From positions 529,610 to 593,609 of the forward strand of contig OZ244195.1 in NCBI GenBank assembly GCA_965216685.1: DNA of 64,000 bases. Direction: 5' to 3'. A program made the position numbers and the translations under genes. The number at the start of each line of letters is the position of its first letter. Positions within the stretch are counted from its first letter, which is position 1. Positions 28,672 to 40,628 of this stretch are shown one piece after another. The notes below the pieces were generated by a model. It did not search any database. It was not told the origin of the DNA and saw only the letters and a program-made list of their open reading frames with translations. Source of the stretch: Acidimicrobiales bacterium. GTDB lineage: Bacteria > Actinomycetota > Acidimicrobiia > Acidimicrobiales > SZUA-35.

Positions 28672-28962
28672 TTATTCGTCCTCCCACCAACTGCGGCGAA
28701 TGTCGAGTACTTCAATATCGGGTCGGGACCAGAGCAGTCGCTCCACTGCATCGAGCAGCGACTCGACATGGCCCACGCTACCGCCCACGGCGCTCACCCC
28801 AAGGGCACAGCGCTGCCACAGATCCTGGTGATCGACCTCGGCACAGGCCACACCGTGCATCTGATCGATCAGGCGGATCACCGAAGACACCGAAGATCGC
28901 TTGGCTTTGAGCGAGCGGGCGGCGGGAACACGGAGTTCGACCCTGGCGACGAGAACGAGCAC
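28672..28962 (-). CDS. DUF503 (YlxP-like) protein
   Basis: LVLVARVELRVPAARSLKAKRSSV... 96 aa, in the conserved position between infB and rbfA. Confidence 0.85.
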   Translation of the reverse strand: MLVLVARVELRVPAARSLKAKRSSVSSVIRLIDQMHGVACAEVDHQDLWQRCALGVSAVGGSVGHVESLLDAVERLLWSRPDIEVLDIRRSWWEDE

Positions 28963-28970
28963 CAGCGGCG

Positions 28971-31838
<2,868 letters not shown>

Positions 31839-32115
31839 GTTGCTGATTTCACCTCGGAGTGCGCGAGCCCTGCGCTCGACGCACCTGCTTGATGTTCTGA
31901 TTTCTGGACGTTCACGGCTTTCCCAGCCGCTGCCGCCCGGCGGTTGATTGCGGCGCGCCTCCCGGAATCCTCCCGAAAAGTACGACCGCACCTCACACGG
32001 AGGGCGACGGTTAATCCTATCGTTTAGGCTCCGCAGACCAATGCAAAAGGTCGTTGGCTGCAACCGGAATGACCGATTGCACCTCGGCTGTGGTAACGGC
32101 GCCGTCGGCGCGGCC

Positions 32116-32385
32116 TCAGACCGAATCGTGCAGTTGCTCGAGCTGGTGCCGCAGATCGTCTGGCGATACGAGACGGATCGGGCGACCCAGAGATCGTTCA
32201 AAACCGTTTCGACTCAATGCGGCGTCGAAGCAGCTGAGCACTATATCCCGGCAGAGCCACGCTCCCCTACCGGGACCGGTGCGGTCGATCACCAGGCATC
32301 CCTCGCGATCAGCTCGGAGCCTCACCAGCCTGTGCTGCGACCGCACGGCCCGGCACCCGACACAGGTCCGTTGCGGATCACTCAT
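32116..32385 (-). CDS. ylxR: YlxR/DUF448 RNA-binding protein
   Basis: QRTCVGCRAVRSQHRLVRL...GRGAWLC. 89 aa, directly downstream of nusA. Confidence 0.88.
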   Translation of the reverse strand: MSDPQRTCVGCRAVRSQHRLVRLRADREGCLVIDRTGPGRGAWLCRDIVLSCFDAALSRNGFERSLGRPIRLVSPDDLRHQLEQLHDSV

Positions 32386-32408
32386 CGGGCACCGATCGGG
32401 GCCATGCG

Positions 32409-33791
32409 CTACTCCTCCTCGTCGCCGCCTTCGGACCGGTCCGAGTCGGTGGCAGCATCCTCATCCTCAGAGTCGGCGCCATCTGAATCGGCGGCCTCAC
32501 CCGAGTCGGTGGCAGCATCCTCATCCTCAGAGTCGGCGCCATCAGAATCGGCGGCCTCACCCGAGTCGGTGGCAGCATCCTCATCCTCAGAGTCGGCGCC
32601 ATCAGAATCGGCGGCCTCACCTGCGTCAGCGCCCTCCGCCACGGCTTCCTCCGCCTCGGCTTCGTCGGTGGCCCCGTCGGCCGCCTCATTGGTAGCTGCG
32701 TTCCACTCCTCGGCCGAGATCGCCGGGCTGCCGTCGGCCGGTTGCCACATCTGCTCACCGGTCTCGGGGTCGACGATCCACTCGCCTTCGGCCCAGTCCT
32801 CGCCCTGGTAGGCCGCCTCCTCCTCGATCTGGGTTTCGCTCTTGATGTCGATGCGCCAACCGGTGAGGCGATGGGCCAGGCGGGCGTTCTGGCCCTCCTT
32901 GCCGATGGCCAGTGACAGCTGGAAGTCGGGAACGATGACCTCGGCGGTGGCGGTGTCGAAGTCGATCCGCACCTCTTTGACCTTGGCCGGCGACAGCGCC
33001 TTGGCGACGAACTCGTAAGGGTCCTCGGAGAACGGGATGATGTCGACCTTCTCCCCGTTCAACTCGTTGACCACCATGCGGACCCGAGAGCCCCGAGCGC
33101 CGACACAGGCTCCCACCGGGTCGACATTGGGGTCGTTGGACCACACGGAGATCTTGGTGCGGTGACCGGGCTCCCGAGCGCAGGCCTTGATCTCGACGAT
33201 GCCGTCGGCGATCTCCGGCACCTCGAGTTCGAACAGGCGCTTGATGAGACCGGGATGGGTACGGCTGACCACGATCTGCGGTCCTTTGGCCGTGCGGCGC
33301 ACCTCGACGATGTAGGCCTTGACCCGGTTGCCACCCTCGCTGCGGCCCATGGAAACCTGCTCGGCCTGTGGCAACAAGGCTTCGACCCGGCCCAGATCGA
33401 GCAGGGTGTAGCGGGAGTCGGTCTGCTGGACGATGCCGGTGACGATGTCGCCCTCCCGACCGGCGTACTCCTCGTATTTCATTTCCCGTTCGACCTCGCG
33501 GATCCCCTGGGTCAGGATCTGCTTGGTCGTCTGGGCGGCGATACGGCCGAAGGTGTCTGGGGTCACGTCCAGCTCGGGGCCGTAGGGTTCGCCGTCCTCA
33601 TCCAACTCCTGGGCGAAGACCCGGATGTCGAAGGTGGACGGGTCGATGGTCACCCAGGCGTACTCGAAGGAGTCGGGCATACGTTTGTAGGCCGATTCCA
33701 GCGCGTTGGCCATAATGCCAAACAGCTTGTCAATCGATATGCCTCGATCTTCGGCTAGGGCCTGGAGGGCCTCGGTCATCTCGTTGCTCAT
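32409..33791 (-). CDS. nusA: Transcription termination/antitermination factor NusA with acidic repeat tail
   Basis: [23 protein letters not shown]..., S1 and two KH domains, then a ~110-aa D/E/A-rich tail. The ATG overlaps the rimP stop (ATGA). Confidence 0.95.
   Translation of the reverse strand: MSNEMTEALQALAEDRGISIDKLFGIMANALESAYKRMPDSFEYAWVTIDPSTFDIRVFAQELDEDGEPYGPELDVTPDTFGRIAAQTTKQILTQGIREVEREMKYEEYAGREGDIVTGIVQQTDSRYTLLDLGRVEALLPQAEQVSMGRSEGGNRVKAYIVEVRRTAKGPQIVVSRTHPGLIKRLFELEVPEIADGIVEIKACAREPGHRTKISVWSNDPNVDPVGACVGARGSRVRMVVNELNGEKVDIIPFSEDPYEFVAKALSPAKVKEVRIDFDTATAEVIVPDFQLSLAIGKEGQNARLAHRLTGWRIDIKSETQIEEEAAYQGEDWAEGEWIVDPETGEQMWQPADGSPAISAEEWNAATNEAADGATDEAEAEEAVAEGADAGEAADSDGADSEDEDAATDSGEAADSDGADSEDEDAATDSGEAADSDGADSEDEDAATDSDRSEGGDEEE
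32441..32620. repeat. In-frame 60-bp tandem repeat x3 inside the nusA 3' end
   Basis: Units 32441-32500, 32501-32560 and 32561-32620 differ at a single base (32484). They encode [20 protein letters not shown] three times. Confidence 0.95.
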
Positions 33792-34468
33792 CGCTTTTTC
33801 CGTTTGTTGTTGGACGACTGATTCTTGGTCGATGATTTCTTCCTGGGGCCCTGGGAGCCCTTGCCGCCCTTCTTGGGCGTCGGCCCCCAGTCGAAGTGGG
33901 TGCGGGCCTTGGCGATCGTGTCGTGGGGTACGTCGTGGGTTTCGGCCTCCGCCAGATCGACTCCGTCGATCTCCACCACCGACACCGAGATGCCGTTGTC
34001 GTCGGCCGACAGGAGCTCGCCCCGGAGGCGGCGGATCTCGGACCACGATTCCAGTTTGACGATCACCTGCTCGCCGACGGCCCGGCGGAAGTGGTCGGGT
34101 CGACGCAACGGCCGCTCGACTCCAGGGCTGGACACCTCGAGCAGGTAGCGCCCGGGCACCGGGTCATGCTGGTCGAGCAGGGGTGAGACCAGCCGGTTGA
34201 CCTCGGCCAGCCGTTCGGTGGTTACCCCGCCGGGGGCATCGACCACCAGGCGGAGCGTGCCTCCGGTCCATTCGACGTCGATCAACTCACCGCCCACGGT
34301 GGCGATCGGTTCGGCCACGAGACGGTACGCGGCATCGGCGACCGGCGACCCGAATTCGGATACCGGCTGATCCGCAGGCTGATTTGGTGCCTGATCCGCA
34401 GGCTGATTTGCCACCTGTTCGGTTGTTGCTGATGTCGGTTCGGTCACATTCACCTCCCTGATCGTCAT
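33788..34468 (-). CDS. rimP: Ribosome maturation factor RimP with Lys-rich C-terminal tail
   Basis: ELIDVEW...LRLVVD...LEVSSPGVERPL. Tail [29 protein letters not shown]. Start is ATG 34468 or GTG 34447, the latter 5 nt after AGGGAGG. Confidence 0.88.
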   Translation of the reverse strand: MTIREVNVTEPTSATTEQVANQPADQAPNQPADQPVSEFGSPVADAAYRLVAEPIATVGGELIDVEWTGGTLRLVVDAPGGVTTERLAEVNRLVSPLLDQHDPVPGRYLLEVSSPGVERPLRRPDHFRRAVGEQVIVKLESWSEIRRLRGELLSADDNGISVSVVEIDGVDLAEAETHDVPHDTIAKARTHFDWGPTPKKGGKGSQGPRKKSSTKNQSSNNKRKKR

Positions 34469-34597
34469 CGAGTTCGTTGATTGGCCGCTGTCGCGCGCCG
34501 ATCCAAGGTCGAAACCCCGGCGGCTCAGCGCCGTAACGACGTGTGGGCGGCCGTGGCTGACAACGGTGGACCGAGCCTGTCGGCCTGCGCTGATAAG

Positions 34598-34624
34598 CAA
34601 AAGCGTGGGCCCCAAGCCCACGCT
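34598..34624 (-). terminator. Intrinsic terminator separating the Moco-oxidoreductase gene from rimP
   Basis: Minus strand reads agcgtgggc-ttggg-gcccacgct (9-bp perfect stem) followed by TTTGCTTAT. Confidence 0.6.
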
Positions 34625-34710
34625 GAACAACAATACTACCGGCTTCGGCCCGGAGCGCCTCGCTTGCCGTTTCGGCCCCCGGCCGAACCGCCGCCGGCGG
34701 CTCCCACCTG

Positions 34711-34757
34711 AGGATTGTGCGCTCCGGTGTCATAATGACCGCTCAGGGCACAAACCT
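34711..34757. repeat. Dispersed 47-nt bipartite imperfect palindrome, copy A
   Basis: aggattgtgcgctccggtgtcataatgaccgctcagggcacaaacct. 41/47 identical to the reverse complement of 53711-53757. Lies 38-84 nt 3' of the stop of gene 34795-36264. Confidence 0.8.
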
Positions 34758-34794
34758 TCGTCGTGGGCGGCATCGGGGCGGTCCCAGTAGCCAA

Positions 34795-36264
34795 CTAGAG
34801 CTGGGCGTACCAGTCGTATCCCCGCTCGTACCAGTAGTCGGTCGGTTGGTCGTCGGTGAACTGGATCGTGCCAATACGTTTCAGGCACTTGATGCCGTAC
34901 TTGTTGGGAGTGGCCAGTCGTAGCGGCGCCCCGTGTTCCTGGGTGAGGGGTTCTCCCTCCAGCTCGTAGGCCAACAGCATCTGGGGGTGCAACATCGACA
35001 GCCGGTCCAGACCAACGTAATACTCCCTGTCGGGGGTCACGAGGGCCACGTAATCGGTCATGCCGCCCGGCAGGCGATCGCGGTGGAGCTCGACAAAGTC
35101 GCTGAAGCGGGCTCCGCCCCAGGTCACGATGTGACTCCAGCCCTCGACACACTTGTGTTCCACCGTCAGCTCCACCTTCGGAAGCGCCATCACATCATCG
35201 ATGGTGTGGCGCCCCAGCTCTGAGCCGTCGGGCCCCAGCACCGTCATCTCCCAGGAATCGAGATCAATCTCGTTACCGATGCCGATGCGACCGTTGACCC
35301 GCAGCATTGAGGATCGGCTGCGGTCGAACGTGGGGGCGGTCCGCCCGCTGAGCCGCCGCCACAGGGCCTCGTTGGCCTCGTGGCCACGACGGAGGGCTAC
35401 CGGAATGTTGTTGTCCTCCGGGCCGGTCTGCATCCAGCGCCACCCGACAAAGGCGGCCAGCGATGCCGCCGCACCGGTCAGCACCGATCGTCGGGTCTGA
35501 CGCCGGTAGGCGGCATCAACCAGCGTAGGAGCCGCTTCCCCCGACCCTGAACCGTCGGACGAAGCTCCGATGGGCTCGTAGCCGGTGACCATCGATGCGA
35601 AGTTCGACCAACCGGCCCGGGCCACCTGCAACATATGCACGGCGAAGAACACCAGGAAACCGATGGTGACGGCGAAATGTATGGTCCGTGACATCTCGTA
35701 GCCGCCGAACAATGTCGTCAGCGGGTTGACCTGAGTCGGCTTGTAGATGGCCAGACCGGTCAACACGGCCAAACCACCCATGGCCACGATCATGGTGTAG
35801 CTCAACCGCTGGGCCGCGTTGTAGCGACCCTGGGGCGGCATCTGACCGCGACGAATGAACAGATCGTGGAGAACAACGGTGACCGCCTCCCGGAACGAGC
35901 GGCGGTTGGGCAGTAGATGGCGCCACTCCCCCGAGCGCCAGGTATAGAGGGCGTAGGCGATGCCGTTGATGACGAACAGCCAGCCGAAGGTGAAATGGAA
36001 GGCCATGCCCCGAGCCAGGCGCCGCTCCAGACCAAGCCGTTCGTTGATGGCGTCGGGCAGAAAGTCGAACCAGTGCCAGCCGATCAGGCCGATGCCGAAA
36101 CCGTAGGGATCGCGCACGTCGGCCCAGTAGATACGCAGGCCACTCCAGATCATGATGGTGAGCAGCGGGAAATTGATCCAGTGGGTCCAGCGGGTCGTCC
36201 GGGTGTGCTTCAGGCGGGCGGCCGGGGCCTCAGCGGTGGTGGGGGCACGGTCGGTGGTCATCAC
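34795..36264 (-). CDS. Fusion protein: cytochrome b (b561/PhsC-like, 4-5 TM) plus molybdopterin-binding oxidoreductase domain (sulfite-oxidase/MsrP-YedY fold)
   Basis: The N-terminal half (RWTHWINFPLLTIMIWSGLRIYW...HFAVTIGFLVFFAVH) is a b-type cytochrome membrane domain. The C-terminal half (HKCVEGWSHIVTWGGARF...GAPLRLATPNKYGIKCLKRIG) is the Moco domain. Confidence 0.8.
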   Translation of the reverse strand: MMTTDRAPTTAEAPAARLKHTRTTRWTHWINFPLLTIMIWSGLRIYWADVRDPYGFGIGLIGWHWFDFLPDAINERLGLERRLARGMAFHFTFGWLFVINGIAYALYTWRSGEWRHLLPNRRSFREAVTVVLHDLFIRRGQMPPQGRYNAAQRLSYTMIVAMGGLAVLTGLAIYKPTQVNPLTTLFGGYEMSRTIHFAVTIGFLVFFAVHMLQVARAGWSNFASMVTGYEPIGASSDGSGSGEAAPTLVDAAYRRQTRRSVLTGAAASLAAFVGWRWMQTGPEDNNIPVALRRGHEANEALWRRLSGRTAPTFDRSRSSMLRVNGRIGIGNEIDLDSWEMTVLGPDGSELGRHTIDDVMALPKVELTVEHKCVEGWSHIVTWGGARFSDFVELHRDRLPGGMTDYVALVTPDREYYVGLDRLSMLHPQMLLAYELEGEPLTQEHGAPLRLATPNKYGIKCLKRIGTIQFTDDQPTDYWYERGYDWYAQL

Positions 36265-36345
36265 CGGCCACTGTAGAGACGGTGTCCCGTTCTGTCAGCA
36301 ACCTCATCCAGTGTTGAGGGAATGTTTCGAATAGGATCGGTGACC

Positions 36346-36633
36346 ATGAGCCTGTGGGAAAGCATCAAGAGCTGGTTTCGTTCCGAGTCGGCCGACGCTC
36401 GGGCCTGGTCCGATGATGTCCAACGGGATGTATCGGCCAACCTTGATCGCCGGGAGGCCGACCTTCGGGCCACGCCGGCCGAGAAGATGGAACGGCTCCA
36501 GGACCAGATCGCCGGCAACTCCGACACCTTCGACGAAATCCGGGGTCGTGTGGAGTCCGTCGGGCCCGACCCCGAGGACTCTGGTGGCGACGTCATGTTG
36601 CCGGACCAGCTGTCATCCGACGATCAGGACTGA
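36346..36633 (+). CDS. Hypothetical small acidic protein
   Basis: MSLWESIKSWFRSESADARAW...; 95 aa with good GC3 and AGGA upstream. Convergent with ispG. No family recognised. Confidence 0.5.
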   Translation: MSLWESIKSWFRSESADARAWSDDVQRDVSANLDRREADLRATPAEKMERLQDQIAGNSDTFDEIRGRVESVGPDPEDSGGDVMLPDQLSSDDQD

Positions 36634-36658
36634 GGTCGAACCTCCACCCGGTGGCGAG

Positions 36659-37891
36659 TCACCGATTCTTGCGCATCAGCTCCACGATCTGCTCCGAGGC
36701 GTTGGCGTCCTCCCCCACCTCGTTCAGATTTCGTCGCCGATCCTCCTCGGCCGCCTTCCGGGCGGCGTCACGGGTTGAGCGGGCCCGCTCCATGGCCGCC
36801 TCGGTGCCATGCTCGGTGATGAATTCTGCCCACTCCACCAGGGTCGGCACCATTTCGTCCTCCGGGACGACGGCGACGTTGGTTCCCTTGACGAAGAGGT
36901 GACCTCGTTTGTTGCCGGCGGCGATACCGATGTCGGCGTCGCGGGCCTCACCCGGCCCGTTGACCACACACCCCATGACCGCCACCTGTAACGGGATCTC
37001 CCGATCGGCGAAAGCCTCCTGGGCCTGCTGGGCCACCTCGTAGACGTCGATCTCGGCCCGCCCACACGACGGACAGGCTATCAGGTCGACGTTCTTGCGT
37101 TCCCGCAGCCCGAACGACTCCAACAACACTCGACCCATCCGGGCCTCGTCCACCGGATCGGAGGTCAACGAATAGCGGATGGTGTCGCCAATGCCCTCGG
37201 CCAGCAGTGTGGCCATACCAGCGGTGGCCTTGACGATCCCGGCCGGCGGCGGGCCGGCCTCGGTCACCCCAAGATGGAGCGGGTAGTCGGTAACCTCACT
37301 CAGTTGCCGGTAGGCCTCGATCATCAGCGGAACGTTGGAGGCCTTGACCGAGATCTTGATCAGATCGAAATCGACCTCGTGGAAGTAGGCGATCTCCTGC
37401 AATGCCGACTCGACCATCGCCTCAGGCGTGACCCGACCGCCGTGGCGTTCGTAGAGCTTGGGGTCGAGACTGCCGCCGTTGACCCCGATGCGGATGGGCA
37501 CTCCCCGATCCTTGGCCTCGCTGGCCACCGCCTTGATGTGTTCCGGTTTGCGGATGTTGCCAGGATTGAGCCGCAGGCAGTGCACCCCGGCCTCCAGGGC
37601 CTCCAGAGCCCGACGGTACTGGTGATGAATGTCGGCCACGATGGGTACCGGGCTGCGGGGCACGATGCGGGCCAGCCCCTCGGCCGCCTCCGGTTCGTTG
37701 CAGGTGCAACGCACGATGTCGGCTCCGGCCGCGGCCAGGGCGTAGATCTGCTGGAGGGTTCCGTCGACATCGGCGGTCTTGGTGATCGTCATCGACTGAA
37801 CGGTGATTGGGGCCCCTCCCCCGACGGCCACGTCGCCCACCATGATCTGACGGGTCTTTTTGCGGGGAAACACCACCGCTCCGGCTTCCAC
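36659..37891 (-). CDS. ispG: 4-hydroxy-3-methylbut-2-en-1-yl diphosphate synthase (flavodoxin type)
   Basis: RKKTRQIMVGDVAVGGGAPITVQSMT...CPSCGR...VMGCVVNGPGE. 410 aa with a GTG start. Confidence 0.93.
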   Translation of the reverse strand: MEAGAVVFPRKKTRQIMVGDVAVGGGAPITVQSMTITKTADVDGTLQQIYALAAAGADIVRCTCNEPEAAEGLARIVPRSPVPIVADIHHQYRRALEALEAGVHCLRLNPGNIRKPEHIKAVASEAKDRGVPIRIGVNGGSLDPKLYERHGGRVTPEAMVESALQEIAYFHEVDFDLIKISVKASNVPLMIEAYRQLSEVTDYPLHLGVTEAGPPPAGIVKATAGMATLLAEGIGDTIRYSLTSDPVDEARMGRVLLESFGLRERKNVDLIACPSCGRAEIDVYEVAQQAQEAFADREIPLQVAVMGCVVNGPGEARDADIGIAAGNKRGHLFVKGTNVAVVPEDEMVPTLVEWAEFITEHGTEAAMERARSTRDAARKAAEEDRRRNLNEVGEDANASEQIVELMRKNR

Positions 37892-37989
37892 GTGCTGTCA
37901 CTCCAGTACTTGACAATGGGGGGACGGTCGAGCCCAGCGGCCCGGCCCTCTGGAGTGTAGGCCGCTGGTTGGGCCGGGCGACCTGCGGA

Positions 37990-37995
37990 CATAAT
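37990..37995 (+). promoter_or_regulatory. Possible -10 element (CATAAT) for a leaderless transcript of the FAD oxidoreductase gene
   Basis: CATAAT ends 5 nt before ATG 38001 and there is no SD. Leaderless mRNAs are common in Actinobacteria. Confidence 0.3.
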
Positions 37996-38000
37996 GGGCC

Positions 38001-39272
38001 ATGGCGGCAAAGAGCAGCTACGAGACGGTCGTGATCGGCGCTGGAATCGCCGGGGTGGCCGCCGGCCACTACCTGGCCTGTCGATACGGTCACCGAGACG
38101 TCCTGCTGGTCGATCGACAGCAGCCGTTGTCGCTGACCACGAGCCGCTCGGGAGAGAACTACCGCGACTACTGGCCCCAGCCTTGCATGCGGACCCTGGC
38201 CACCGCCAGCATCGACGAGATGGAGCAACTGCTGGCCGTTCACGGGCCGGCGTTCGCCATGAAAGAGACCGGCTACCTGTTCGCCAGCCGACGACCGGGA
38301 CACCAGATCTTTCCCTTGGCCGCGGCCAACGAGGCGGCACCGGCGACGACCGTGGTGTCGGACCGGTCGACCATCGCCCGGCGCTGGCCTCACCTCCATC
38401 CCGACACGGTCCAGGTGGTCGAGATCAAGCGGGCCGGCGCCATCGACGTCCAAGCTCTCGGTCAACTGCTGCTTACCACCGCCCGCCGGCACGGCGTCGA
38501 ACTCGTTCAAGCCACCGTCCGATCCATCACCGCCGGACGGCCGAACCGATTCCTGCTCGATGTCAATGGCCGACCGGTGCAGGCCGGCAACGTGGTGCTT
38601 GCCACCGGTCCGTTCACCGGTCAGCTGGCTGCCTCCCTCGGCTTGGACCTGCCACTGGAGAACGTGGCTCAGCGCAAATTCGTGATGCCCGATCCCGACC
38701 ACATCATCCCGGCCGACATGGCCTTCACCATTTGTGCCGATCCCCTCCGACTGGCCTTTGAATCCACCGAACAGGAGCTGATCGGCCAAGACGACGAGCT
38801 GGCCTGGCTGCTCGACGAGTTTCCGGCCGGGCTCCATATCAAGCCGGAACCGGGAGGGCTCATCAAGCTGGGCTGGGCCTACAACCGGGAGGCAGAAGCG
38901 CCTCCTCGCTGGTCGATCGCAGAGGATCACCGGTTCCCCAATGTCGTTCTCCGGGGGGCCACCGAGATGATCCCCGGTCTGGCCGCCTACCTCGACCCCA
39001 TACCAACTCCGGTCATCCAGTACGGCGGCTACTACACCCGTACTCCGGAAAACTGGCCCTTGATCGGCCCGACCGAGCTCGACGGGTTGTACACCGTGGC
39101 CGGCCTGTCGGGGTTTGGGACGATGGTGGCCTGCGCCGCCGGCGACCTACTCGCTCGACACGTCGTCGGTCATTCACTACCCGACCATGCGCCCTATTTC
39201 GCCCCGACCCGCTACGGCGATCCCGCCATCAGGCAGGAAATGGCGGCGGCGACGGCCGACGGGCAGCTTTAG
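38001..39272 (+). CDS. FAD-dependent oxidoreductase (DAO family)
   Basis: ETVVIGAGIAGVAAGHYL Rossmann motif. 423 aa. The 502-aa antisense track ORF is rejected. Confidence 0.85.
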   Translation: MAAKSSYETVVIGAGIAGVAAGHYLACRYGHRDVLLVDRQQPLSLTTSRSGENYRDYWPQPCMRTLATASIDEMEQLLAVHGPAFAMKETGYLFASRRPGHQIFPLAAANEAAPATTVVSDRSTIARRWPHLHPDTVQVVEIKRAGAIDVQALGQLLLTTARRHGVELVQATVRSITAGRPNRFLLDVNGRPVQAGNVVLATGPFTGQLAASLGLDLPLENVAQRKFVMPDPDHIIPADMAFTICADPLRLAFESTEQELIGQDDELAWLLDEFPAGLHIKPEPGGLIKLGWAYNREAEAPPRWSIAEDHRFPNVVLRGATEMIPGLAAYLDPIPTPVIQYGGYYTRTPENWPLIGPTELDGLYTVAGLSGFGTMVACAAGDLLARHVVGHSLPDHAPYFAPTRYGDPAIRQEMAAATADGQL

Positions 39273-39298
39273 GAGCGGTCTCCTCGAAGATCGCCCGA

Positions 39299-40609
39299 TC
39301 AACCGGCGATGGGCCGGACGATGTCGAGGTAGACGGTGGAAATCATGATGAAGCCCAGCAGGCCGATGACGGCATAGGCCACTGGCAACAGCTTGGCCAC
39401 ATCGACCTGATGGCGATAGTCGCCCCGGGACCGAAGGCGTTCGTAGGTGGCGATGGCGGCGTGACCCCCGTCCAAGGGCAGCAGGGGAAGCAGGTTGAGT
39501 ACGCCGACAAACACGTTGAAGATGCCCAGCATCATCAAGGGTACGGTGACGTCGAAATCCTCCTGACCGGCAATGCGTACCGCCCCCACCAGCGAAACCG
39601 GCCGCTCGGCTTCCTCGCTGTTTATGTCGACCGAGGCCGAGCCTTCAAACATGAGGCGGCCCAGTTCGGCCAAAGTGGACGGCGCCAGGAATCGGGGGAT
39701 CGCCGTGATGGCCGACCACATTGTCTCCCCGAACGTTTCGACCGCCAGCAGCGGCGATTCCCGGGTGCGCTCGAACGACGGACCGACACCGAGGAAGCCC
39801 CGCATACCGTCGCCCTCGGCCGCCGGGACGGAGGCCAGCGTCACCGTCTCATCGAACACGGATCCGTTCCGCTCGATCGACAGCGTGACCTGCTCACCCG
39901 GTCGGTCGCTGATGTACTCGACGGTCTCACCCCAGTCGGTGGTGTCGACTCCGTCGATGGCGACGATGTCGTCGCCGGGAGCCAAGCCGGCTTCAACCGA
40001 CGGAGTGCTCTGCTCGGGAAGCTCGGAGATGAGGCCGATCGACCACTTGGTCGGATCGTTCATTCCGATGACCGAGATCACCAGCCCGAAGAGGAGGACG
40101 GCCTGGATGAAGTGCATCATCGAGCCGGCGGTGATCACCAGCATGCGTTTGGGGTAGCTCTTGTTCTTGTAGGCCCGGGGCTCATCCTCCGGGGGGCAGG
40201 GATCGAGATTGTTCATGCCGACGATGCGAACGAAGGCGCCGACCGGCAGCAGGCGGACCCCGTATTCGGTCTCCCCCCGGCGGAACGACCACAGGCGGGG
40301 GCCCATGAACATGAAGAACTGGGTGACCTTCATTCCTGTCCACTTGGCGGTGGCGAAGTGGCCGAGTTCGTGCAGGAAGATCATGACGACGATGCCCACC
40401 ACCACCAGGAAGTAGCGAGGCCCGGCCCAGAAGTAGAGCAGGGCGAACAGGCCGAGGATGGCCAGGAGGCCGACCGGGTTGGTCTGGCCGCTGTAGTCGG
40501 CTCCCCGATCGGCCGGCTCCAACGACCGCTTCCAATCGTGCGACGGTTGCCCGTTCTCCTGGTTGTCGGCCGGGGTGGCCACGGCGCTCGGAGGCGCAGT
40601 CGAATCCAT
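39299..40609 (-). CDS. rseP: Site-2 zinc metalloprotease (M50, RseP/Rip1-like) with PDZ domain
   Basis: HELGHFATAK (HExxH), PDZ (LAPGDDIVAIDGV) and C-terminal NLLPLLPLDGGH. ATG 40609. Confidence 0.9.
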   Translation of the reverse strand: MDSTAPPSAVATPADNQENGQPSHDWKRSLEPADRGADYSGQTNPVGLLAILGLFALLYFWAGPRYFLVVVGIVVMIFLHELGHFATAKWTGMKVTQFFMFMGPRLWSFRRGETEYGVRLLPVGAFVRIVGMNNLDPCPPEDEPRAYKNKSYPKRMLVITAGSMMHFIQAVLLFGLVISVIGMNDPTKWSIGLISELPEQSTPSVEAGLAPGDDIVAIDGVDTTDWGETVEYISDRPGEQVTLSIERNGSVFDETVTLASVPAAEGDGMRGFLGVGPSFERTRESPLLAVETFGETMWSAITAIPRFLAPSTLAELGRLMFEGSASVDINSEEAERPVSLVGAVRIAGQEDFDVTVPLMMLGIFNVFVGVLNLLPLLPLDGGHAAIATYERLRSRGDYRHQVDVAKLLPVAYAVIGLLGFIMISTVYLDIVRPIAG

Positions 40610-40628
40610 GAATCTCACTTCCGAACGG

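Noticed and set aside
34711-34757. dif (XerCD) site, because of the GTGCGC / CATAATGA resemblance to E. coli dif
   Set aside because: There are two or more copies in 20 kb, the XerD-arm TTATGTTAAAT-like half is absent, and the element is 47 nt with a GC-rich stem structure. These features are incompatible with a single 28-bp dif.
37422-38930. 502-aa minus-strand ORF
   Set aside because: It is antisense to the FAD oxidoreductase (38001-39272) and overlaps ispG out of frame. No domain is recognisable, whereas both sense genes have clear motifs.
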